The notes beneath the pieces were generated by a model that saw only the letters and a program-made list of their open reading frames with translations, was not told the origin of the DNA and did not search any database. Positions 38,801 to 50,800 of a DNA stretch of 64,000 bases are shown in pieces (positions within the stretch are counted from its first letter, which is position 1; each line of letters begins with the position of its first letter). The stretch comes from Nageia nagi. Lineage: Eukaryota; Plantae; Pinophyta. The translations under genes and the position numbers were made by a program. The stretch is taken from assembly GCA_050084985.1 (NCBI GenBank), contig JBITNC010000001.1:191456001-191520000 (forward strand), read 5' to 3'.

Positions 38801-41800
38801 TGATTCTTGCAGAAAATGAAAATGCTAAGCATTTATCGCAAATTGTTGAATTTGTGTTTCTATCCTGCTTATGTACATTGATGCTATAAATTTACCATAA
38901 TGATATTACTGGAGTTCACTCTGCTGTTCCCTGTTCATTTATAATAACAATAATATTAATTTTGTGTACACATAAATATTGAGACTGAAAACACGCAAAA
39001 GGAAAATATATAAACTCATGATTGAAGAGTAACAAATAAAAAAAATTAAAAGAACAAAGTCATATATACATGATAACAGAACTCTACCCAGTCCAATATA
39101 GCTGTATATCATGAATCTACATAAAATATCAAAAGTATAAGAGCCAACCTACCAGCATGATACCGAGAAACGGTTGGATGCTCCAACACAAAATCGCATT
39201 GATCACCGCGTCCAAACATATATGCTCCTTTCTGGGAACTGTATTTCAATAATTGCTCCGGTCAAAATCAAGTTCATTTACAGCCATGATTCAAAAATTT
39301 ATGATCTTTTCCATCAGGAACAGGCAAAATTCACTAGACAATCATAAACCTTCAATTGTGCAGTTCAACAAGAAACACTTTAAAATAACAGTATTTAAAA
39401 TAAATTATTTCTATAAATCAAAGGAATTTGATAACCAACATGCATGCTAATCTAAAAGATTAGAGCTATTAATAATGACTGGAACCTGGTAAGGGAGAGG
39501 AGGCTGTCAATATAATCTTGCCTTAATTTTGCAACCGTGAATCTTCAGCTTCTGCTACTTGCACTAGGAAATTCAAAATTTGAAAACTGTCAAAATGACA
39601 AGTGATTTGCTGTGAAAAGTTTTGTGCAACTCTCCACAAACTGGCGAATATATCAATTCAATCTCATATCAGGCATGAATTTACCCAACCAAGAGAAGAA
39701 AAGATGAATGAAGCGATGCAGGTGGAGGAGGAGTTGCCCTCAAGGTCCGAGGAAGGCCATGTCCGACCCTAAACTTCAAACATGTGCTTGAAAACTAAAA
39801 TCCAAAACTTGAGGACATGGCAAAAAATGTGGAAATAGTTACGCTAGCAGGTGAGGCCAAGCAACTTATAGGTTCAACAAATAGGCCAGTTTGCAAAAAT
39901 GGATGCTTACCCCAAAGCTCAAGATTTCCTCAAATGAATGTGGAGGTCAAGGGTAGTGCTGAAAACATTGCCTATTTGGTCCATAATTCTCTTCATTGGA
40001 TCAGGAGACGAACCTCCACAGCCACTTTGTCAGTTCAGGGGACGTATCCAAAGCACCTAGGCTCCGTTGAGGGTGCAACAGATCACATCCTTCTTCTCAA
40101 CCATCAGCAGTACCACAGATGCATCTCGCAGCGATCAGTGGGACCCCTCCTTGAAACAGAGAGTACCACCATACTCTTCCCTCAGAGAGGCCAAAGACGG
40201 TCTCCCTCCAGATGTTCCAAATTTTGTATCTCCTTCCTTTTAGGGTTTAGATCTTTATGTGGTTGTATATGATAAGATCATATTTTATGTTTTTTAGATG
40301 TTTCTTAGATTTTTTCTCTAGATACTGCCCAGCTTGGGCTTTGCTGGCTTCATGAACAGGATTGTACATGTTAGTCCCATTAACCGCTCTTGGTCATCTG
40401 CGGACATTAATATATTTTCTTTCTTTCTCATCTGCAAGTTTATGGGACTGAGAACAACTCCTGGAGAGTCCATGATTGGGTGCAAAGACATTGGCAGATC
40501 CATGGAGACCTATAGATAGTTCAGGTAGATAATGGGTATTTCTTTGTTATCTTCTTCTTAATGGCAAATAGAGACAATGTGTTCAGCAATAGCCCTTATT
40601 TTGCTGGTATGGTAAGCTTATTTCTGAAACCTTGGCATATCAAATTTAATACAACGAAGGAGCTCTCAAATGCTTTACTTGTTTGGATTTGCTTGTTTAG
40701 TCTATCTCGAGTTTTGGTGATAAGAAACCTTTCAACAAATTGGGAATGCAGGAGGGTTTATCATGACCTCTAAATTGACTCAAGAGGTAATATTCACTTA
40801 CTATGCTCAAATCTGTGTTAATTAGGATGTTTCTAAACCCTTACCTCAATTTATAGAGTTGGAGGCTAGGGAATCCATTTGGCAACACAGCTTGGATTAT
40901 GAGGCTATCCCTTCCAAATGTTGGGCGTGCCATAAATATGGGTATTTCGCTGGACAATGCCCCTCTGCAAATCAACCCAAGCCTAAAGTTCAGCAACTTT
41001 GGTTCAAACCTCACAAGTGCATTCTCAAGGACCAAAATGATGCAGATAGATTCATTGAAGACAAGGATAGGACCAGAACAATATAGAACATTCAGAAGAA
41101 GGACCCAATCACTCAATCTTCTACCATTGGCATCCAAGATCACTTTGCATCTCTAAAATCCATTAGCAAAGAGTTTTTACAGATCTTTGATAAGCAAACC
41201 TTGGTAGTCTTTGATAGATATAGTGTCATCTACAAAGGTAAATGAAATTTCTGGACTCCAACTTGCACAAGAGGGAAATGTACAGTTGGGTACAAAGTTT
41301 CTTCCACACCATAGAAATGTTAATGATTAAGAAAATATTAAATATTTATAAGGATGGACTTATGAATGATCGGGCTATGGTTGACAGTTGTTATCAACGT
41401 AGGTGAACATAGCAATATTTTTGGCATGCAAGGTACAAGAGTTATAAATAAACCCAACCCTACGAAAGGGGAGGGGATCTCTTGGAGACCCTAGCTATGT
41501 TTAATAGGTTGAATCTATGTAAAGCTTATGAAGGGATAAAATTGAAATTGCAATTTGAATTTCATAAGTCAAGCTCAATTAAAATTGTTGAAATTGCCAG
41601 TTGAATTTCTTAAGTCAAACTCAATATGGAGAAAGAAGTTGAACAATCTTTACAATCAAGCACTATGCATCCGAAAGTGAAGAAGCTCATTAGAGTGATC
41701 ACACTCAAGATACTCATTGTATTGACTCTACTAATGATGAGTAGCCACCAGGACAACAAGTTGAAGGAAAATGTGCCCCAATGGGGTATCAAAACAACTT

Positions 41801-44800
41801 TAGATGCTTTAACTTTGACAAAAGCATCAGGGATTGCCTGCGGGAGCGCAAGCGGCCCTAGGTTCAAAATTTTGGAGAATTTGTGCTATTAAGCAAGCAA
41901 AGATGGATATGTGTGGAAGAATGGCATTGATGGTGATGTGGAATTTTGGTTGCATCGTGAGCTTGAGATGTTGGATGGTGATTTTCGAAGGAAGAAGTCG
42001 TAGAGCATTTGCAAAAGGTTGTTTGTCTAAAACCCTAATGAGCCAAGAAGGGAAGAGCTTAACGTTGAAGGTTGAGGCTTCGTTAGGCAACAAACTATGA
42101 ATAGTTGGTTGTGTCTTAAAGGGTGACAACTTTGGGCTTGCTCATGGTTGTAGAAAAGCAAGAGGATGCATGGGTGGTGGAGAGGGTGTCTCTACACGTT
42201 GGTTTGAATTGTTTGTTGATCCATTGTTGGATGGTGGCATTAGATATAACGCAAAAATGTCTACACTTGAGATTGTTGGGTGGTTTTTCTTTCCTACCCC
42301 AGAGCAATGAGAAAAACTCTAACACCTCAGGTGAAGGGACATTACTCCCTCTTGCTATGGGGACTAATTACCCCAAAGGCTAGCTTCACGACTTGGCAAA
42401 GAAACTCAAGGGACAGCTAAGATGTTTAAAGCTACCACCAACATGAATATCATGTGTGGATTCAAGGGACTCTTAGTTTTGTGCTTGGGCTTCGACTAGG
42501 TTGTTTCTAGAAAGTGCTAAAAAGGAAACATGGGTGCGAAAATCATGGAAAAGTGTAAAATAAACTAAAGAAAAAACTGGTGGAAAGACCGTGGGCAAAA
42601 AGATGCAAATATGGGCATGCAAACTCACACACCTGAGATAATATCCTTGGAAATCGATAGGTTCCAAGCACCCTCTATCCGTTCCACTAGCCAACAACAT
42701 GAATGGCCTAATGGAAGGAGCATGAAGTTGTGGCAAGGATGAGGTATGATGGGATGGAGGTAGAACTAAAGGATCCAAGTGAAGTTCCTATGGTAAGCGA
42801 CATCAATGAGACATTCCGAGGTATCCAAGTCTATACTGCAAATGGTGAAATATCATAACAGGATGTTAACCAACCACTTAATAGGATGTTCAAGCACTCT
42901 CTTGTCCACTTCAATGAAAATTTACAAGATGCACTGAGCGATTGAAATCTACACCAAGCAATGATAGAATAAACTAGATAAAACTATCAATCATTCATTC
43001 ACATTCACCATTCCAATATGAGAAGCATCTAATCATAATTGCATTAACATACACCATATTTAACAACTTAAAGAAATTTTGGCCTTGCAAAAAAAAGTTC
43101 TTTCAATTGTTAAAATTGTCAATTTCCCTTTACAAATGAATCAAAATGGTATAAATAGTTTTTGAAGCAACCAAAGTGTTGCCCTAACCCTAATTACGAG
43201 TTTCAAGAAAACAAAATGTGGTCCAATAGAAATATGCACATGGCATTACAAGATTTCTTCCAAACTTGTGGAAGCAAATCCTCATCCGTCACAACTTTGG
43301 GAATAAAAAAATATTATAAAATGTCTTGCTAAAATGAATAAGATTTTCTAAAAATAAAATAAACTAAAAAAGATGACTAGGACAATGGTGAGCCTAGGGT
43401 CGCAACTAGTTCCTCGAAGTTCTCATCCAAGAACTTTGTTGTAAGCTCCAACCCACGCAACATCTTTGAAAACTTTGGCCTATTTGCAGCAACACAGCAT
43501 CCAACCTCACCAATCAGCTTTTGCATCTCACTCTTCCATGTGTGGGCTCGCAGCATGTGCCTAAGGTGACTCCCGGCTTGATAAGATTCACATCCTCTAT
43601 CATGATCAAGTTATGGAATAGATGATTGACCTCCATCACTACCAGGTCTGTCTTTCTGATGGTGGTATCATCTTCCAAGATCTTAACTTGAGTGTTCGTC
43701 TGCTCAAGGCTCGTGTTGGCCTTGTTGTTGATCAAAGTTACCTCCTTCTTGGTCTCCTAGAAACAAGTGAGTACCTGATTGATCACACCATAGTAGAACC
43801 AGTAGTCTTCACAGAACTTAACATCTTCAAGCTGTTGATGTTGCATCATCTCAAATCTCATTATCATAGGCTTCTGGGATTCCAAGACCCTGAGGAGTCT
43901 AACCCTTTTGGTCACAATGTCATTCAGTTTCTGCTCCTCGAATGAAACCCTTTGAAGGGCACCAACAAACTGCTCCACTACTATCAAAACCTCATCAATC
44001 ACTTCATGTTTCATGGCAACCATTCCCTCTTTGAGAGACTTTATCTTTTGAAGTTCCTCTGTGGGTACTCTAGCAGACTCCCATCTCACGAGTCAATCTC
44101 CTCTAGGTGGCCAATTCCTTCTTAAGGCTCTTAATTTCTTTTTCCTTTAGCAACCCATCCTTGGTGATTGCCTCTATATTTGAAATGATTGCGTGCTTTC
44201 TTCCAGCCACACCAATAGGACCTGTGTTAATGATCTAGTTTATCTACCTGAGGTCTTCAGGACATTGAGGGTTATCCTTGTCAGTGACTATGGTTTTGAT
44301 ATGGACTTGATTATTGGTTATGTGCACATACGTCTAACTCTTGCCTAAACGAGTTGAGCTCTCTCCGACCTGATCATTAACTTCTCTCACTCCAAACTCT
44401 TCCCCGATGTCCACATTAAAAACGTCAAAGCACTCGTCCATGTCAACGCCCCACTCCTAATTGGGCGAGGCTAGTGGGTCTCAATAACTGTTTCAGAAAT
44501 GTGGATGACTTGTCTCTTGGTCTTCTTCAAAGGTCTTTCTTCTTCTCCTGCATTATCCCCAAATGCCCTTGACGATCGAGACTGAGACGTCTTTTTCAAT
44601 TGTGCCCTCTTTGTACTGATTCGAAGGCTAGGCCTTTACCTTTCCTTTGGGAAGTTAAAGGCTTCGGAGAGGCAAGGTTGTGGAATACCTCCAAAATCTC
44701 TAGGGCTTCGTCATCTTTCTGTGCATCAGGAATATCATCGTAGGGACCTATATTTGTTGCATGTTCATTTTCTAGTTCTCCCTCATGTTCATCCTCTGAT

Positions 44801-47800
44801 TCTTCTCCAGGCAAACTTTCGTATTCACCTTCTTCAAGTTCATTCCCATACCCATCATCTTCGTGCTCATTCTCCTTTAGAGCTATCAGTAGGTTCATAC
44901 ATAGGGCTAGAAGACGTAGACTTAGATGGTGGAACGCATTGGGATGGGCGTGAAATCGATCCTCTAGATGGTCTTTTCGGTGGTGATGGATCATTTTCCC
45001 TTTTTCTAACACACCTCACCATCTTGTCGACGGCCACATGCTCCAACTACCTCATATCATGCTCATCTATCATGTTCCTGACTTGTTGCACAATCTACTC
45101 AACTCCATTCTTGTCATGCATGGATGCGTATTGGCCAACATGCTCCTTAATCATCGAGGGAAACTAGGTGTCTCTAGATGCAGATTCTTGTGGTCTTCTC
45201 CCTCTAGATTGTGACAACCTCTTGTCAATGGTGTCCTCCATTGTCCGTTGTTGCTTTTGAGCATCCTCTTGCATCTTAGCACGAATTTTCTTCATCTCCA
45301 CCTCATTGCTTACATTTCCAAATAGCTCCTCATCTCTAAGTGGCTTATGTTCATAAGCCCTCTTTCTCTCCTTCATGTAGAAACCATGGATTTTGTGCTC
45401 AAGATCATAGTGACTGGCAGTGGGCATCCTTTTGAAGTTGAACTTCCCCAACTCCTCCATCATGGAGTTCACATCCGCCCTGCTCTACATTGATACTCTC
45501 CCGCTATGATTAGCAGATTTGAGGTGGCTGATTTCTTCTACCAGAAGTGCTCATGCAAGTGAGTCAATTGCCTTATCATCTCCATCAAGACCAATCTATT
45601 GCTCACATATCGGGGCAATTGGTACGGCTCTACGACCGACCCATAAAGTCAAATATAGGAATAGTGTTGGTGATGGAAGAAGTCGTCTCCATGCTTCCTC
45701 AACACATCCTGGGCTGAATTTGAGATTCTAGTAACTGTGATCTCTCCCTTGAGCTTTTTATAAATCTCAAATTCCCATCCATTATTTTTCATTGTGAAAC
45801 TATCCCATCTTCTTTCAATCTTCCACTTAGGGTAGCATTTCCATACGGCATATATTCCCTTTTGAATCTAGCTTGCTTCCCCTAGAGTTGTAGGTCTGTA
45901 CTTTCCATGAAGCAACAAGTACACCAAGTAGGAGTTGAGATAGAACTTGCATGTGGTCCCCAAGGATGATAGTTGATCTGCAATGCTATCGCTCAACACC
46001 TTGCCCCACTTAATCTTCTTCCCTCTAGCAATCTCCACAATGAAGCATCTTCTTTAACAAGGATCCTTGACAACATTAGGATCATCAATTCCACTGACGG
46101 GTAGAAGTTGGAATAAGGGGCGTTGATGAGGGCATTCCCTTTTAGACCGCGATGCTCGTCCATCATCCAGTTCCTAATAGCCACTGCTGCCTTGTTTGTA
46201 TCCTGCTAGCATCCAAGTGCCTCGGCCTTAATGTATTCAAAGCTACCCTTCGAAGTCCATTGGAAAGCTATCTTGATGGCCTCGGGGCTGAAGCCCATGA
46301 TGACATTTCCCTTGATGTCTCAAAGCACCCTATCTCCCTTTTGCCAATGTTGGCTAACCTCTAAGCACAATTCTAGAAAAGGGGCTATGAACGGGACAAA
46401 GGCACAATTCGAGAGCCCAAAAAAGAACACAATATCCTATTTAAGCTTGCTGATCTGCATGTTTCTAATTTTATCCCTCATCTGCATGGGATCTACCTTT
46501 TGCCAGTTTGTATCTCCATTCGTGGTGGCAAACCCATTTTTTGAGAACTTGGCCACTTGGGGTAGGGGTTCTTTCCTCTCACAGATAGTAATGATGCAAC
46601 TTTGTCTAATTGTCTCTAAGTCTCTCGCAAAGTCTTTGGCCAAACTGCTCTTGGAGGTAGTCATGATGCCCTAGCGAGTGACGAACTCCCCGAAATGATG
46701 CGTTGGCTTTCTAATGAGGCTATGACCCCCACGTTGCCTTGCTTGTCTTCCTCACTCCCTGCACAAGCCTATCCAAGTGATGTGACAAATTTCGGAAATC
46801 AAATTTTGTCTTCTACCTTAGAGTCTAGCGCAAGAGATGAAGAGGAGACGAATTTGAATTCAAGAAAAAATGAGCTTCCAGGCTTGTATTTATAGGCAAA
46901 TTCAGATTTTCAAGAAACCCTAGTTGGCTAGGAATAAGAGGAACTGATCTTGGTCGTTCGGATAGCTGACCTCAAAAAAACAAGACGCTCAAAATTCCAT
47001 GCCTGGACGTAGAAAACTGGATGTGGGAGGTCTGGGGCTCTTCTAGGGTTGGCGCATGCGCTCACCCTAAGGATGCTTGCTCTTTGTTTACCATTTCTCC
47101 TTGCTCCCCACTCGTCCATCTCAGCCCTTCATGATCATGATGAGACTTGAACTTGTCCAATTTTTCCCTTCTTGGTGTCCCAGCTTGCCAAATTTGCCCA
47201 AAGAACTCAACTAGAACTCCCCCAGGCTGAGCGCATGTTTCAAAAAAACAAGATCTTATATTTTTGAAACATATGCTAGACTCTCCGACTCCTCCAGTTT
47301 GGGTGCATGACCCACAAAGACAAGAGTTTCTCTTTCCGAGGTATGCGTTGGGTTGCAAATGGCCAGATTGATTGAGTTTTAGCTTTCTACTCTCAAGACT
47401 TAGCCAAATTTTTGTGTTCCTTCCATCTTGATGTCTCCCCAGGCCTAGCGCATGTTCCCAAAAGTCAAGATTTTGTATTTTTAAACCATGCACCAACCCC
47501 TTTGGTCCTTTTGAAGCTTGATTCGGGCTTCAATGCTCCATGCCTTAGCCAAATTTTGCTTTTCATTCAAACTAGATACCCTTCTGCCCTTGGCACATGC
47601 TCCCAAAAGACAAGATTTTGTCTTTTTGAGGCATGCGCCAACCTCCTGGGTGAGTATGCTTCACTCTCTAAACTCGTCCAAACAGCCTCCCAACTTGAGC
47701 GCATGCTCCCAAAAGCCAAGATTTTGTCTTTTTGAGGCATGCGCCAAGCTTGAGATGCCTCCTACTTGCGTTCTCCATCTTTAATTCCGATCCGAGTGCC

Positions 47801-50800
47801 TACCAAAGCCTGGCGCATGTCCCAAAAAAGGCATGAAGTGGGCCTAGAAGTGACCCAATTTGCCTTTCCGAACTTAGATTTTGTTTTGGATGTCTTCCTG
47901 GTCCAAGCGCACGTCCCAAAAAGACAAGATCTTGTCTTCCTGAGGCATGTGTTGGTCCTAGGAGTGGTCCAGACTCACTTGACTTATTTTGGACTTGACA
48001 CAGGTTCCCCTATTTCACCTAAACTTGACTTGAAATCCCAAACTTAGCCATTTTTTTGGAGGATTTTGGCTTTCATTTTGACATGACTATGATTGGAGGA
48101 TTAGTCACATAAGTGATGGGATGATAAACGTGGATCCCAGTTATGAGGAGACAAGAAGACAAAAGACAAAGTGTGGTGTTGCATAGGTATGAGCTGCGGT
48201 GGGTCCCCAAAATTGCGAGATTTTGGGGCGAGTTATGTAGGGCACAATAGAGACAGTATAGGCTCTTGATCTACATATAGAAGAAGGAAGGGTATTCTGT
48301 GTGAAACCTTGAAGGTTAAAAATCCTAGGACTTGTGGGCCTTCCCAAGCTAAGGGAGATGGGGAGGACTCCAAATCTATATAGTGAAGGATGGAGGGTAT
48401 CCAATTTGATGCCCTAATGATAAAACAAGTGATTCACTATCCTTCAAACTCTTTCGAGCCTTTATTGTTTGAGGGCAACAAAGAGGCTATGAGGATCAAA
48501 AGATGGCGAAAGCAGTGGAGCTACTAGAGGGTTTTTTAACTCTAGTTTCATTATGGGCAAGGATGTTACAATTCCCTAGCTCAAAGACCTACATTGTGAT
48601 TGGTAGGGTGGTTTCAATGAACTAGGGATGGAATCCCTACTTTATCTCTATAAACCCTTTAGGGGTTTCAGATTAAATGGACAATCGATGGACCGACATT
48701 TTTTACCTAAAGAATGTAGATCCTCAAAGAGACAAAGGGCAATCCTAGGAGGAGTAGACATGTTATATTATCCTACAAATCCCTTGGAGTTATGGATGGT
48801 GAGCTTCAAAGCCTAGGACCATGGAGTGCAGCAGAGGATCCACCTTAAAATCAACAAGGGGTGTAGGAGTGGCATGCCTACAAGATGTTAGGCGACTAAT
48901 GAGTGTCCTTTTCAGTACGACGGACCTTGAGGTGATGAGATGAATTGTCAATGGGTGACTAAGAGGTTGTGAGGATATGATCTACACTGTGATTGGGAGG
49001 GCGGATGTGGTGGACCATCACGTTTAGAATTTTTGGACTCCTTGTTTTCCCTCTAGAAACCCTTTGAGGGTTTCTGTTTCTTTCAAGCGATGACTTAAAA
49101 CTGTGATTAGAAGGTTAGTTGTAATGGATTGAGATTTTGGAATCTCCACTTTTCCTCGAAAACCCTTTGAGGGTTTTAGATTCAAATGGGCAGTCAACTA
49201 GATGGTGGCCCCTACTGACAAAATGGAATTGATGTAACTCTGATCTCATGAATCTCTTCTCACGAGGATTGTAGAGCTCCTGGACCTACCATGATCGTTG
49301 ATCCCTGTCATGTGATTCAGTGTATCTCAGGAGGAGGCAGGGATCTCCTCCAAACACATCTCCAGAGAGTATAGAAATTTTTGTTTTTTCTTCTGCTATG
49401 TTTGGTTTTGTTTTGTTCTGTTATGCATTTGATAATAATAGTTCATTTCTGTTTTAGTTTTCTTTTGGGGGCTGGACGGATGTATCTCTAGTCTTGTTTC
49501 ATTTAGAGAGCCCATTGAAGATCCTTCTCAGGAAGATGTAAAAGGTTACACGCTCCTTTCAAAAGCCCTGTTCCACTAGAATAAATTTTTTTAAAAAAGA
49601 TGGTTTTTCATCACCAGGGAATCAGAAATGAAGATATTAACAAGAAGATAACTTCACTCTGCAAAAATAATCTCTATTAAAGGCCTGCGTACTTTAGCTG
49701 CTCAATTGTAATGGCAAGTACTTCAGATTGCTGTGAAGAATGCCTTCCTCAACGGTAAGTTGGAAGAGCTGTTTTTCATTGAGTAACTGCAACCTCCTAG
49801 ATCTGTTAAGTAGGTGAGGAGCACTTAATATATCGCTTAAAGAAACATTGTACACGTTAACATGAAATCCAAGAGTATAGTATGGAAGGATTGATCAACA
49901 CTTCATTGATCAAGGTTTTATTAAATCAACTACAAATTTAAATTGTCCTGAAGGTCAAAGATGGCCAAATGGATATATATGTTGCAATCTATATTGATGA
50001 AAAAGATAGTTTGAAAATACAGATTCATCATTGGTGGAAGAAGTCCTAAAAACACTCTAAAGTGAATGAATATAGCCCTCAAAACACTAAACGAAAGGAA
50101 ATGAGGAAAGAATATTGATGAACACTGAATATGTTAAGAAAATATCCCGTACCATGAGCTAAGCCCTAATTAGAGAAACATATACAAGTGGCCTGGAATG
50201 GCCATTTTAGGAGATATAGAACCTAAGGCTCAATGAGGGAAAAGTACTTTTGACTGCATATGAAAAGAGAAGTGAAGATGTGCGTTTCCAATTGAAAAAG
50301 AAATTATGCTGCTGAAGTATTTGAGCAATGTCCTGCATCGATAACCCTCTGCCGTATCTAACAGGCCATGAACTGATTGCTGTTACGGAGAACACAATTT
50401 CCAAATGGGTCGATTTATTTTAATGTTCGAAAATTGGCTAGTTATGGGATTCTCCCAGACAATTAGAAATGACCGTGATGCCAGATTTCTTTGATACTTT
50501 CAAGGGACATCATAGATAAAACTTGGAAGTATATTTCGATACAGCTTAGCATATCATCCCCAATAAAATGGCCGAACAATAGTAGAAAATAAGAGCTTGG
50601 ACAATGTAATGGGAATCTTAATTAGTGATAATCAAAGGAATTGGGATTTCACTTTGACATAGCTGAGTTTGCCTGCAAATTAGCAAATCCACAAGGCTAG
50701 TGTCCTTAACAAACTGCTTTTGGAGAAAAGACGATTGAATTGTTCTACCAGAGGAGGAAGTATTCTATCCAAGATGCTGAATAATTTGGGAAACATACAT

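Larger units (their letters stand above)
42274..48249 (-). mobile_element. Unit C: giant (5,976 bp) solo-LTR-like unit carrying a gene, in intron 1
   Basis: tgttgggtgg...gggcacaata; TSD gagat/gagac; no internal LTR pair, PBS or gag/pol motifs seen. Confidence 0.9.
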
